Shown piece by piece: positions 19,035-28,240 of a DNA stretch of 59,603 bases. Position numbers and translations under genes: made by a program. Below the pieces are notes generated by a model. The model was given only the letters and a program-made list of their open reading frames with translations, ran no database searches and was not told the DNA's origin. Origin of the DNA: an uncultured Clostridia bacterium (GTDB lineage Bacteria > Bacillota > Clostridia > Oscillospirales > CAG-272); the NCBI GenBank assembly GCA_945949385.1, contig CAMFEL010000001.1, positions 1-59,603 of the forward strand, in the 5' to 3' direction. The stretch's first letter is position 1. Each line of letters begins with the position of its first letter.

Positions 19035-20060
19035 ATGGCTCAAAGAACAGTAACAATACAAAACAGCGAAATGACTCTGCGTATATTCGGCAGCTTTGAC
19101 CGCAATACGCGGCGAATTGAAAACGCTTTCGGAGTTCATATTTATAACCGCGGAGGCGACGGCGAATGCGATACCGTTGTTATCGAAGGCGCAGAGGGCT
19201 CCTGTGAGCTTGCCGCCGCCGTGCTGGAGCATCTGAAGAAATTTGCCGCTCAAAGCGATGTTGTTGCCGATCAGACTGTGGATTATGTCATATCCATGGT
19301 CAGCGACGGCAGGGGAGACGAGCTTAACGGCTACGGCGAGGATTGCATTTGCATAAGCGCAAAGGGTAAGCCAATAAAAGCAAAGACCGTAGGGCAGAAG
19401 AAATATGTGGACGCCATAAAGAAAAACACCGTGGTGCTGGGCATCGGCCCCGCCGGCACGGGTAAAACCTTTCTTGCGGTAGCAATGGCAGTAAAGGCTC
19501 TGCGCGCACACGAGGTAACGAGAATAATCCTGACGCGCCCTGCCGTTGAAGCCGGGGAGAGACTTGGCTTTCTGCCCGGAGACCTGCAGTCAAAGATAGA
19601 CCCCTATCTCAGACCTTTGTATGACGCGCTTTACGAAATGCTGGGTATGGAAAACTGCTCAAGACTCATGGAAAAAATGACCATTGAAATCGCCCCCTTG
19701 GCATATATGCGCGGACGCACCCTTGACGATTGCTTTATAATCCTTGACGAGGCGCAGAACACCACACCCGAGCAGATGAAAATGTTTCTTACCCGTCTCG
19801 GCAACGGCTCAAAAGCAGTAGTGACGGGAGACCTGACTCAGACCGACCTGCCCTCGGGACAGCACAGCGGTCTTGCGGAAGCAACACGGGTTCTGCGGGG
19901 AATAGATGACATCGTAATTCACGAGTTTTCCGAAAAAGATGTGGTGCGCCACCGCCTTGTCCAGCAGATAATTCTTGCTTACGAAAAATACGGACGAGAG
20001 CGCGCACAAAAAGCAAATGCAGGTTCTAAAAAACGCTTCAAAGCGAAAAGGATACAATAG
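19035..20060 (+). CDS. phoH: PhoH-family ATPase
   Basis: Walker A GPAGTGKTFLAVAMAV, Walker B FIILDEAQN, and an N-terminal KH-like part. Confidence 0.9.
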   Translation: MAQRTVTIQNSEMTLRIFGSFDRNTRRIENAFGVHIYNRGGDGECDTVVIEGAEGSCELAAAVLEHLKKFAAQSDVVADQTVDYVISMVSDGRGDELNGYGEDCICISAKGKPIKAKTVGQKKYVDAIKKNTVVLGIGPAGTGKTFLAVAMAVKALRAHEVTRIILTRPAVEAGERLGFLPGDLQSKIDPYLRPLYDALYEMLGMENCSRLMEKMTIEIAPLAYMRGRTLDDCFIILDEAQNTTPEQMKMFLTRLGNGSKAVVTGDLTQTDLPSGQHSGLAEATRVLRGIDDIVIHEFSEKDVVRHRLVQQIILAYEKYGRERAQKANAGSKKRFKAKRIQ

Positions 20061-20072
20061 GAAAAACTGAAT

Positions 20073-20546
20073 ATGAAACTTAAAATGTATTATAAAAATT
20101 CACAGGACAAGCTGCAGGCATCTCCCGCACTTCGCGGGCTTTGCCGCAGAGCCGTTCATGCTGCGCTTACATACGAAAAGATTGATTTTGACTGCGAGGT
20201 ATCCCTGACCTTTACGGACAACGATGGGATCAGAGAGCTTAACAGAGAGTACCGCGGCATTGACAGGGAGACGGATGTGCTGTCCTTTCCCATGTACGAC
20301 TTTGCCGGCGGAGAGGAGCCGGAGCCTCCTTTTCCCGCCACTCTGGGCGATATTGTCCTGTCTCTTGAAAAAGCGCAGGCGCAGGCTGATGAATTCGGTC
20401 ACAGTTTTGAGCGAGAGACCGCATTTCTCTGCGTTCACTCAACACTTCATCTTCTCGGTTATGACCACGAGCTTTCCGATGATGACGATAGGGATATGAG
20501 AAGACGGCAGGACGGTATTATGGAAATACTGAAATTATCGAGATAA
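20073..20546 (+). CDS. ybeY: rRNA maturation endoribonuclease YbeY
   Basis: 157 aa with the zinc motif HSTLHLLGYDH. Confidence 0.9.
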   Translation: MKLKMYYKNSQDKLQASPALRGLCRRAVHAALTYEKIDFDCEVSLTFTDNDGIRELNREYRGIDRETDVLSFPMYDFAGGEEPEPPFPATLGDIVLSLEKAQAQADEFGHSFERETAFLCVHSTLHLLGYDHELSDDDDRDMRRRQDGIMEILKLSR

Positions 20547-20568
20547 CAGCGAGGTAAAAATAAGGATT

Positions 20569-21462
20569 ATGAAAAGAACCGCATTTATTGCCATAGTAGG
20601 ACGCCCCAATGTGGGAAAATCAACGCTTATGCACGCGCTTCTGGGCGAAAAAATAGCAATAGTTTCGTCAAAACCCCAGACAACCCGCAACAGAATAATG
20701 GGAGTGCTTACAAAAGGCGAGGATCAGTATGTATTTCTTGACACTCCCGGAATTCACAAGGCTAAAACGAAGCTGGGAAGCTATATGATGAAGACCGTGC
20801 GCTCCTCTCTCGGCTCAGCCGACGCCGTGATCCTCATAGCCGACGCGGGACGCTCTCCCGGAGATATAGAAAAGAACATATGCGAAAAACTGAAAGGGGA
20901 AAAGCTCCCCTCTATGCTCGTTCTCAACAAAATCGACCTCGCAAGCCGTGAAAAGATCGCGGAATCCATTGCACAGTACGCGGCTTTGTACGATTTTGAC
21001 GCCGTTGTGCCCGTAAGTGCTCTCAAAGAGAAAAATCTCGGCGATGTTATGGAAGAAGCCGAAAAATTCCTGCATGAGGGAGACTGGTTCTTTGAGGAGG
21101 ATATGATAACCGATCAGCCGGAAAAGCAGATTGCCGCCGAGATTATCAGAGAAAAGCTGCTTCGCACCCTTTCCGCAGAGATCCCCCACGGCAGCGCCGT
21201 TGTTATAGAAGAATTCAAGGAAACGGACGACCTGCTTTCCATCCGCGCCGAGATCTATTGCGAGAAAGAAAGCCATAAGGGCATTATAGTCGGCAAAAAA
21301 GGCGAAATGCTGAAGCGCATCGGCACCTACGCAAGAGAAGATCTGGAAGAATTCTTCGGAATGAAGGTATATCTCAATCTTTGGGTAAAGGTCAAGGAAA
21401 ACTGGCGCGACAGCGATTTTTCACTTAACAGCTTCGGCTTTAATCCAAAGGAAATAGACTGA
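20569..21462 (+). CDS. era: GTPase Era
   Basis: G1 GRPNVGKST, G3 DTPG, G4 NKID, and a C-terminal KH domain (KGIIVGKKGEMLKRIG). Confidence 0.95.
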   Translation: MKRTAFIAIVGRPNVGKSTLMHALLGEKIAIVSSKPQTTRNRIMGVLTKGEDQYVFLDTPGIHKAKTKLGSYMMKTVRSSLGSADAVILIADAGRSPGDIEKNICEKLKGEKLPSMLVLNKIDLASREKIAESIAQYAALYDFDAVVPVSALKEKNLGDVMEEAEKFLHEGDWFFEEDMITDQPEKQIAAEIIREKLLRTLSAEIPHGSAVVIEEFKETDDLLSIRAEIYCEKESHKGIIVGKKGEMLKRIGTYAREDLEEFFGMKVYLNLWVKVKENWRDSDFSLNSFGFNPKEID

Positions 21463-21488
21463 CACCCACAGGGGGGAGGGAAGGATCC

Positions 21489-22268
21489 ATGGCGGAACGC
21501 ATCACGGTACACGGCTTGTGCGTCAGAGAGACCGAGATCGGCGAGGCAGACAAGATAATCACCCTTGTCACAATGGAATACGGCCGCCTTTCCGTCAGCG
21601 GAAAGGGCGTAAAAAGCCTGAAAAGCCGTCATATGGCGGCGACCCAGCCCTTTGCCTACTCTCTTTTCACCCTGAGGAAATCGAAAAAGAACTATTATAT
21701 CGAGGAAAGCGAGCTTATAGAGTGCTTTTGGGAGATAAGGGGCGATATTGAAAAACTGTCCCTTGCCGCCTACATATGCGATGTGTGCGCCGATGTTTCC
21801 GTGGAGGGAGAAGCTGACCCGGAGCTTCTGCGGCTGACTCTCAACTCTCTGTTTGCCGTCAATAAAGGAATGCAGACTGAAAAGGTAAAGGCGGCTTTTG
21901 AGCTTCGCTGCGCCGAAGTTATCGGCTTTTGCCCCGATTTAACGGTTTGCGGCGCGTGCGGCTGCGAGCTTTCCGGAGACTCATATATAGACATTATGAA
22001 CGGCAGACTGCTTTGCCGCGACTGCAAGCCCCGCGCCGAGCGGGAAGAGGAGCTTGAGGGCTCTACCTCCCGTCTGTATATGCTGCTGAGTCCCGGCACC
22101 GTTGCGGCAATGCGATATATCGTCCAATCTGCACCCGAGCGCTTTTTGTCCTTTAATCTTGCCGAGGACGATATGCACCTGCTGTCGCAGGTATGCGAAG
22201 CCTATCTCACAAACCACCTTGAACACGGCTTTGGCACACTGAATTTTTACAAATCCATCTTACTGTAA
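21489..22268 (+). CDS. recO: DNA repair protein RecO
   Basis: 259 aa with an OB-fold N-terminus plus a Cys4 zinc motif (CGACGCEL...CRDC). The era-recO order is conserved. Confidence 0.9.
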   Translation: MAERITVHGLCVRETEIGEADKIITLVTMEYGRLSVSGKGVKSLKSRHMAATQPFAYSLFTLRKSKKNYYIEESELIECFWEIRGDIEKLSLAAYICDVCADVSVEGEADPELLRLTLNSLFAVNKGMQTEKVKAAFELRCAEVIGFCPDLTVCGACGCELSGDSYIDIMNGRLLCRDCKPRAEREEELEGSTSRLYMLLSPGTVAAMRYIVQSAPERFLSFNLAEDDMHLLSQVCEAYLTNHLEHGFGTLNFYKSILL

Positions 22269-22285
22269 TATTATCATTAAAGAAT

Positions 22286-24658
22286 ATGAAAACTAAAAAT
22301 CTTTATACACTTGAATTTGACAAAATACGGAAATTACTTGCCCGCCACGCAGCTACCGACGGCGCAAAGGAAATGGCGCTCTCTCTTACTCCGTCCGACG
22401 ATATTGACGAAGTAAGACTGCGTCAAAGGCGCACCGCCGACGCAAAGCTTTTAGCGGGACAAAAGGGAAATCCGTCTTTCGGCACCGTAAAAGACGTGTC
22501 CGACGCCTGCGAGCGCGCCGACAAGGGCGCTACCCTTACCACCCGCGAGCTTTTGGACTGCGCAGGGGTGCTTCGCTGCGCCCGCTCTCTCATTGAATAT
22601 TACAAAAGCGATAAAGTCGCAGAAACCTCTCTCGATGAAATATTCGAGCGGCTCATCCCCGCAAAAACCGTTGAGGACAGAATAAACCACTCCATCATAT
22701 CAGAGGATATGATATCCGATGACGCAAGTCCCGCTCTTGCGGAAATACGCCACAGTATCAGAAAGACCAATTCCAAAATAGCCGACCTTATGCAGCGCTT
22801 TACCCAGGGCGGCTCATACTCAAAATATTTGCAGGAAAACATCGTTACTACAAGAGGGGGACGCTTTGTCATTCCGGTGAAAAGCGAATACCGCAGCGCC
22901 GTTCCCGGTCTTGTACACGATACCTCCGCCTCAGGAGCCACCCTGTTTATAGAGCCTATGAGCGTAGTACAGGCAAACAACGAGCTTCGTGAGCTTCAGG
23001 CTAAGGAGGAATACGAGATAGAGCGGATACTGTACGAGCTGTCCCGGCTTGTTTCCTCCGTCAGCGGAACAATTCTTCTGAACTATTCCAACATCACCTG
23101 TATTTCTTTTGTTTTCGCCTGCTCGGAGCTTGCATATCAGATGAAAGCGGCAGAGCCGTCGGTAAGCGAGGACGGCCCCGTAAGGCTTGAAAAATGCCGC
23201 CATCCCCTTATCGGAGAAAACGCCGTGCCCGTCACAATCGAAGTCGGCGGAAAGTGGTCAATGCTTGTTATCACCGGCCCCAACACGGGCGGTAAAACCG
23301 TCTCCCTGAAAACCCTGGGCCTGTTCTGTATGATGGCTCAGGCAGGGCTGCAGCTCCCCTGTGAAAATGCAAGCGTGCGCGTTTTTGACGATATTTATTC
23401 GGACATCGGTGACGAGCAGTCCATTGAGCAGTCTCTGTCAACATTTTCCTCCCATATGGTAGGGATAGTTGATATACTTAACAGCATGACAAATCGCTCT
23501 CTGGTACTTTTCGACGAGCTTGGCAGCGGCACAGACCCCGTTGAGGGCGCGGCGCTTGCCATGTCCATACTTGAAGAGGTGCTGGAGCGCGGCGCACTCT
23601 GTGCCGCCACCACTCACTATGCGGAGCTGAAAGCCTTTGCCCTTGAGCGCGACGGCGTTTGCAACGCCTCCTGCGAGTTTGATGTGGAGACCCTGAAACC
23701 CACCTACCGTCTGATTATCGGCACACCGGGCAAATCCAACGCCTTTGCCATATCCGAAAGGCTGGGGCTCCCGAAACGCATTGTTGAGCGCGCAGGAGGA
23801 TATGTGGACAATTCAAGCCGAAGCTTTGAGGCTGTTATAGAGAAGCTGGAGGCAGAACGATTCAAACTTGAAACAGAAAGGCAAAAAGCCCGAAAGCTTC
23901 GCCTCGAATACGAGGAATTCAAAGAAAAAAGCGAAGCAGAGCTTCGAAATAAGCTGGGCAGCGCCGAGGAGGAAGCGAAAAAAGCGCGAGAAAAGGCGCG
24001 TTCCATTGTTGACAGCGCAAGAGCCACCGGCGATTATATTATGAAACAGCTTGATGAAGCGAAAAAAGCGCAGGACAAAGAGAATTTCGGCGAGGTACTT
24101 CAGAGATCCAAAAAGAATATAAAAGGCGAAGTCCGCAGCTACCTTGAAAAAAACCGCGAAAAGGAAGAGGACGACGGCTATGTGCTTCCCAGACCCCTGA
24201 AAAAGGGCGACGATGTGGAGCACCGTACTCTCGGTACAAAAGGCACTCTTTTGGAAGACCCGGACAAAAAGGGAAATGTTACCGTTCAGATGGGTATTTT
24301 GAAAACGAAATTCAATGTATCTCAGCTTAAACTGCTTGACATTGTCTCCGTTGGAGAAAAGGGAAAGCCGGGCAGCGAAAAAGCATACAGAGCCTCCGTT
24401 TCCCGCAATTTCAAGCCGGAGCTTGACGTGCGCGGTATGACAGGGGAGGATGCATGCTTTACGGTGGATAAGTATCTTGACGAGGCAATCGTTGCCCGAA
24501 TTTTCAGCGTCACCGTTATTCACGGCAAAGGAACGGGAGCACTGCGCAGCGCAATCTGGTCACGGCTGAAAAGCGACAAACGGGTTGAATCCTTCCGCGC
24601 CGGTCAGTACGGCGAAGGCGACTACGGTGTTACGATTATTGACCTTAAACACAAGTGA
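22286..24658 (+). CDS. mutS2: Endonuclease MutS2
   Basis: 790 aa with Walker A ITGPNTGGKTV, a long coiled-coil and a C-terminal Smr domain (LDVRGMTGEDA...VIHGKGTGALR). Confidence 0.95.
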   Translation: MKTKNLYTLEFDKIRKLLARHAATDGAKEMALSLTPSDDIDEVRLRQRRTADAKLLAGQKGNPSFGTVKDVSDACERADKGATLTTRELLDCAGVLRCARSLIEYYKSDKVAETSLDEIFERLIPAKTVEDRINHSIISEDMISDDASPALAEIRHSIRKTNSKIADLMQRFTQGGSYSKYLQENIVTTRGGRFVIPVKSEYRSAVPGLVHDTSASGATLFIEPMSVVQANNELRELQAKEEYEIERILYELSRLVSSVSGTILLNYSNITCISFVFACSELAYQMKAAEPSVSEDGPVRLEKCRHPLIGENAVPVTIEVGGKWSMLVITGPNTGGKTVSLKTLGLFCMMAQAGLQLPCENASVRVFDDIYSDIGDEQSIEQSLSTFSSHMVGIVDILNSMTNRSLVLFDELGSGTDPVEGAALAMSILEEVLERGALCAATTHYAELKAFALERDGVCNASCEFDVETLKPTYRLIIGTPGKSNAFAISERLGLPKRIVERAGGYVDNSSRSFEAVIEKLEAERFKLETERQKARKLRLEYEEFKEKSEAELRNKLGSAEEEAKKAREKARSIVDSARATGDYIMKQLDEAKKAQDKENFGEVLQRSKKNIKGEVRSYLEKNREKEEDDGYVLPRPLKKGDDVEHRTLGTKGTLLEDPDKKGNVTVQMGILKTKFNVSQLKLLDIVSVGEKGKPGSEKAYRASVSRNFKPELDVRGMTGEDACFTVDKYLDEAIVARIFSVTVIHGKGTGALRSAIWSRLKSDKRVESFRAGQYGEGDYGVTIIDLKHK

Positions 24659-25156
24659 TTACTGACTTTCGGACGGCAGCTCAAAGCCCTGTATAAAGCC
24701 CTGAGTGTCGGAAGAGCATATATCGCCGCCGATAACACGGTTTTTGTAAACAATAATATTTGCATAAACCGTGCCGTCATAGTCGGGATAGTTTGCTATC
24801 TCATAGGTATAGCGCATGGCGCTTTTGCCCTTGTACTCCGACAGATCGAGTCCCTGCGCTTTCTGCAGGTCGTTGTAGGAATTCATAACGCGGTCGAAAT
24901 CGGCCGGTATCTTGACCTCCACCTCTTCAACACAGCCTTCTTTGGTATCCCATCCGAACTGGGACAAAAAATTTATGCGGTCGTCTTCGGTTTTGATTTT
25001 GTCGTAGTTTACGGTGTCGCTGCCCTTAAACAGCGAGCCTGCGGCGACCCTGTCGTTTGAGGGAAGCAGTATTATCAGCACGGCGGCCGCAACCACCGCC
25101 AGTACTATTATGGCAGCAAGCTTCAGCGTATTGCTTTTAACGGAACATACAAACAT
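24659..25156 (-). CDS. Membrane-anchored DUF4830-like protein
   Basis: 165 aa from the ATG at 25156 (AAAGGGG RBS). It has an N-terminal TM anchor and a C-terminal block ...YANIIVYKNRVIGGDICS recalled from DUF4830. The longer track ORF (to 25318) lacks an RBS. Confidence 0.5.
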   Translation of the reverse strand: MFVCSVKSNTLKLAAIIVLAVVAAAVLIILLPSNDRVAAGSLFKGSDTVNYDKIKTEDDRINFLSQFGWDTKEGCVEEVEVKIPADFDRVMNSYNDLQKAQGLDLSEYKGKSAMRYTYEIANYPDYDGTVYANIIVYKNRVIGGDICSSDTQGFIQGFELPSESQ

Positions 25157-25229
25157 TATTATACCCCTTTCATCTGACAAGCGTGTTACTTCTGATTGAT
25201 TATATGCCCAAGGGACGGATTTATGACTT

Positions 25230-25778
25230 ATGATTCTGATAGTTGACAATACACAGCGAAAATTCCGCAAAAATATCAGAGGAGATATGCACCGCAAGGG
25301 AATACCCTGTGTACTCACCGATTCCTTAAGATGCGCAGAGTATATGCCGACGCGAGCCGTATTTGTAACGGAGGACTATCTGCTGAAGGACGCGCAGTAT
25401 ATTGCGGGCATATATTCCGTGCCGTATGTGCGCACCGTTTACCCCGAGGATGTCGAACAAACAGCCGAGGCAGTTTTCCGCGACGGAATAAGCAATGAAG
25501 CACCGCGCCTTGCGCACCGCCGTATAAGATATGACGGTCAGACCCTTTATTTCTGCGGAAAACCCATAGCACTGACAAGAACAGAAAAACTTGTCGTCAG
25601 CCTTTTGACTCTTTGCGAGGGATGGACGGATTCGGAGATTATAGCGGCATACTGTATGAGAAATCCCGATGACCTTAACAGTGTGGCAGTACATATCTGC
25701 AACACAAACGCAAAAGCGCGGCGGGCAACGGGGCAGGGACTTATTCTGTGCCGCCGCTTCTCCGGTTACAGCATATAA
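25230..25778 (+). CDS. OmpR/PhoB-type winged-helix DNA-binding protein with a short, incomplete receiver-like N-terminus
   Basis: The C-terminus matches the trans_reg_C pattern (IRYDGQTLYFCGKPIALTRTEKLVVSLL...NSVAVHICNTNAK...RFSGYSI). The N-terminus starts MILIVDN but is only about 90 aa. Confidence 0.55.
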   Translation: MILIVDNTQRKFRKNIRGDMHRKGIPCVLTDSLRCAEYMPTRAVFVTEDYLLKDAQYIAGIYSVPYVRTVYPEDVEQTAEAVFRDGISNEAPRLAHRRIRYDGQTLYFCGKPIALTRTEKLVVSLLTLCEGWTDSEIIAAYCMRNPDDLNSVAVHICNTNAKARRATGQGLILCRRFSGYSI

Positions 25779-25780
25779 GC

Positions 25781-25814
25781 AAAAAGCAGACTTTGTACTT
25801 AAAAGTCTGCTTTT
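25781..25814. terminator. Bidirectional terminator between the wHTH gene and manA
   Basis: AAGCAGACTTT-gtactta-AAAGTCTGCTT flanked by A- and T-tracts; it overlaps the manA stop. Confidence 0.6.
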
Positions 25815-26772
25815 AATTTTGCAGGGAAGCGGCGGCGGATACTATCTCGGCACCCCCGGTCAGAAACGTGTCTTCACAATAGGGCGGAAGACAGTAAGTA
25901 TCAGCGGCACAAACAGGATATTCCGTACCTTCACATATAAGCCTGGCACAGCCTCCGGTACACAGGAGCGCCGTGAAATCGGGAGACTTTTTGAAAACCG
26001 TCTCTCCCGTGTGCTTTATAACTCTGAAAAACTCACAGTCCGCAAGAAGCTCCCCGCCGCCTGAAGCCTTGCAAAAAGCACCGGCCGCGGCGGAAAAACG
26101 CTTTCCGTAAATCTCACTTTCCGAATACAGTCTTGCCGCCGCAAGTCCTTTTTCAATATGCAGCTGTCTTGTATGACCCTCTGCGTCAACTCTGCCGTAA
26201 TCGTATAAACGGTAAGTGGTATCGGAATTCTGCTGAATTTCAGCAAGCAGTATTCCGGCGCCGATAGAGTGTATCTGACCGGCAGGAATAAATACGGTGT
26301 CTCCCGGATATACAGGTACGAAGTTCAGTAAATCCTCAACAGAATTTCCGCCCTGCTTACAGCAATGTGCAAACTTTGCAAGACTCACTCCGTCCCGCAG
26401 TCCATAAACGATACGGGCATCGGGAACAGCGTCTATAATATACCATATCTCCGTTTTCGGCTCCGCTCCGTCCTCGTGATTTCCGGGATGTACCTGTACA
26501 GAAAGTGGGGAGGCGGAGTCGATAAATTTTATCAAAAGAGGGAAGCGGCTCTTGCCGTACAGAGATTCAAGGTACCGACCGAAGCACATTCCGGTAAAAG
26601 TGCCGTTTTCAATAATGCTTTCTCCCTCACTGCGCGCCGAAAGCTCCCAGGACTCGGCAATACGGTCAAAGGGAGCTTTCTTGTTGTATATTCTTTTCAG
26701 CTTGTCACCGCCCCATACGGCAGTATGCGCGGCGGGAATCATTTTCATAGGATATAGACTTACGTTTTCCAT
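25813..26772 (-). CDS. manA: Class I mannose-6-phosphate isomerase
   Basis: 319 aa cupin with YPMKMIPAAHTAVWGG, WELSAR, LSVQVHP and PAGQIHSIG blocks typical of type I PMI. Confidence 0.8.
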   Translation of the reverse strand: MENVSLYPMKMIPAAHTAVWGGDKLKRIYNKKAPFDRIAESWELSARSEGESIIENGTFTGMCFGRYLESLYGKSRFPLLIKFIDSASPLSVQVHPGNHEDGAEPKTEIWYIIDAVPDARIVYGLRDGVSLAKFAHCCKQGGNSVEDLLNFVPVYPGDTVFIPAGQIHSIGAGILLAEIQQNSDTTYRLYDYGRVDAEGHTRQLHIEKGLAAARLYSESEIYGKRFSAAAGAFCKASGGGELLADCEFFRVIKHTGETVFKKSPDFTALLCTGGCARLICEGTEYPVCAADTYCLPPYCEDTFLTGGAEIVSAAASLQN

Positions 26773-26796
26773 ATGAAGTATATGTATCTTCTGCTT

Positions 26797-28083
26797 TTAT
26801 TCCTCGTGCTCTTCGTCAGACTCAAGCTTTTTAATAATGACTTCCTTTACCATTTTCTCGTCGCATTTGGTAACGGTAACTTCAAGGATATTATTGTATA
26901 TAAAGGACTGTCCCTCGTCGGGAATACCTTCAAAATGTTTCTGTATCCAGCCGTTTACGGTAAGAGGTCTGTCGCTGTCGTCATCATCGTATTTCAGATC
27001 AAAATAGTCGAACATATCGTCGAGAGCCGCAGAGCAATCAACTGTAAGAGAGCCGTCCTCGGCGGGGATCATCAGTGTTTCCACCTCGTCGTGCTCATCG
27101 TACACATCTCCGATAAGCTCCTCTATTATGTCCTCCATGGTAACGATACCCATAAGTCCGCCGAACTCGTCTATAACAAACGCCATATGGCATTTTTCGT
27201 TCTGCAGATCTCTCAGAAGATCGTCAACCTTGTGATGCTTTGATACAAACAAAGGCTTCTGATAATATTTGCTGAAATCGTTTTTTCCGGTGTTGTAAGC
27301 GTAGAAAAAGTCTTTCTCATGCAGAACACCTTTTATATCGTCAATGCTGTCTCCAATGACCGGAAGCCGTGAAAAACCGGTCTCAAAAAACATCATCATT
27401 ATTTCTCTGGGGTCGGTGCCGTCCGTAACGGCAACAATGTCAATTCGCGGGGTAAGCACCTCACCGGCGGTAAGATCGCTGAATTCTATGGCGCTTCGTA
27501 TAAGCTCGCTTTCATCCTCGTCAAGACCGCCGTCGTGCTCGGCCTCGTCTACCATAGTTATAAGCTCATCCTCCGTGGTAGCCTCTCTGTCACCGGACTT
27601 GAAGACACGGTTTAAGAGCTTTTTCCAAGCGCTGAAAATTACGGTAATCGGGTACAGTATCGTAATCAGAAATGTAACAATACCGTGGGTGGACAAAACA
27701 TAACTGTCGGCGTGATCTTTTGCAATTGCCTTGGGTGATATTTCGCTGAAAATCAGCACGACTACCGTAACAATCACCGTTGATATGGCGGCAATCGCGT
27801 CATCATTCAGATAGCTGTGCAAAATCTTTACAAAGAACAGTGTACTGATTGTGGTAAGAGCGATATTAGCAATGTTGTTGCCCACGAGAATGGCGGTTAT
27901 CAGCTTATCGAATTTGTCGTCAAGCTTCATAACCGACGCGGCAGCTTTGTTGCCCGATGCGGCAAGACTCTTGATCTTTATGCGGTTAAAAGAGGTATAT
28001 GCCGTTTCGGTAGCTGAGAAAAACGCGGAAAGTGCGCAGAGTAAAATCATAGCAAGCAGCATAAATATACTGTCGCTGTCCAT
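26797..28083 (-). CDS. CNNM/HlyC-CorC family transporter (DUF21-CBS pair-CorC_HlyC)
   Basis: 428 aa with an N-terminal DUF21 membrane domain (FFSATETAYTS), a CBS pair and a C-terminal CorC domain. Confidence 0.85.
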   Translation of the reverse strand: MDSDSIFMLLAMILLCALSAFFSATETAYTSFNRIKIKSLAASGNKAAASVMKLDDKFDKLITAILVGNNIANIALTTISTLFFVKILHSYLNDDAIAAISTVIVTVVVLIFSEISPKAIAKDHADSYVLSTHGIVTFLITILYPITVIFSAWKKLLNRVFKSGDREATTEDELITMVDEAEHDGGLDEDESELIRSAIEFSDLTAGEVLTPRIDIVAVTDGTDPREIMMMFFETGFSRLPVIGDSIDDIKGVLHEKDFFYAYNTGKNDFSKYYQKPLFVSKHHKVDDLLRDLQNEKCHMAFVIDEFGGLMGIVTMEDIIEELIGDVYDEHDEVETLMIPAEDGSLTVDCSAALDDMFDYFDLKYDDDDSDRPLTVNGWIQKHFEGIPDEGQSFIYNNILEVTVTKCDEKMVKEVIIKKLESDEEHEE

Positions 28084-28132
28084 AAAATCGTTAATCCTTT
28101 CAAACTAAAGTATTAAAAGTATATCAGAGTAT

Positions 28133-28160
28133 ATTATAACAGGTTACGGAAATTTGTCAA
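28133..28160 (-). promoter_or_regulatory. Candidate sigma-A promoter of the CNNM-manA unit
   Basis: Minus strand TTGACA-16 nt-TATAAT. The -35 overlaps the perfect palindrome CAATAATTATTG (28158-28169). Confidence 0.45.
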
Positions 28161-28194
28161 TAATTATTGAGAATTATTATGTATTTCCGTCATA

Positions 28195-28233
28195 TAACAA
28201 AATCGCCCCGTAAATCATATGACTTACAGGGCG
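28195..28233 (-). terminator. Probable terminator after the ROK-like regulator gene
   Basis: CGCCCTGTAA...TTACGGGGCG hairpin (one mismatch) followed by ATTTTGTTAT on the minus strand. Confidence 0.45.
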
Positions 28234-28240
28234 TATATTG

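Noticed and set aside
24659-25318. Longer N-terminal forms of several track ORFs (24659-25318, 29856-30716, 32335-32727, 32976-33821, 33962-34612, 38713-39702, 52792-55257 and others)
   Set aside because: Internal starts have proper SD sequences at 5-12 nt spacing and match the expected family N-termini. The extended forms begin at TTG or GTG codons, or overlap neighbouring genes or promoters.
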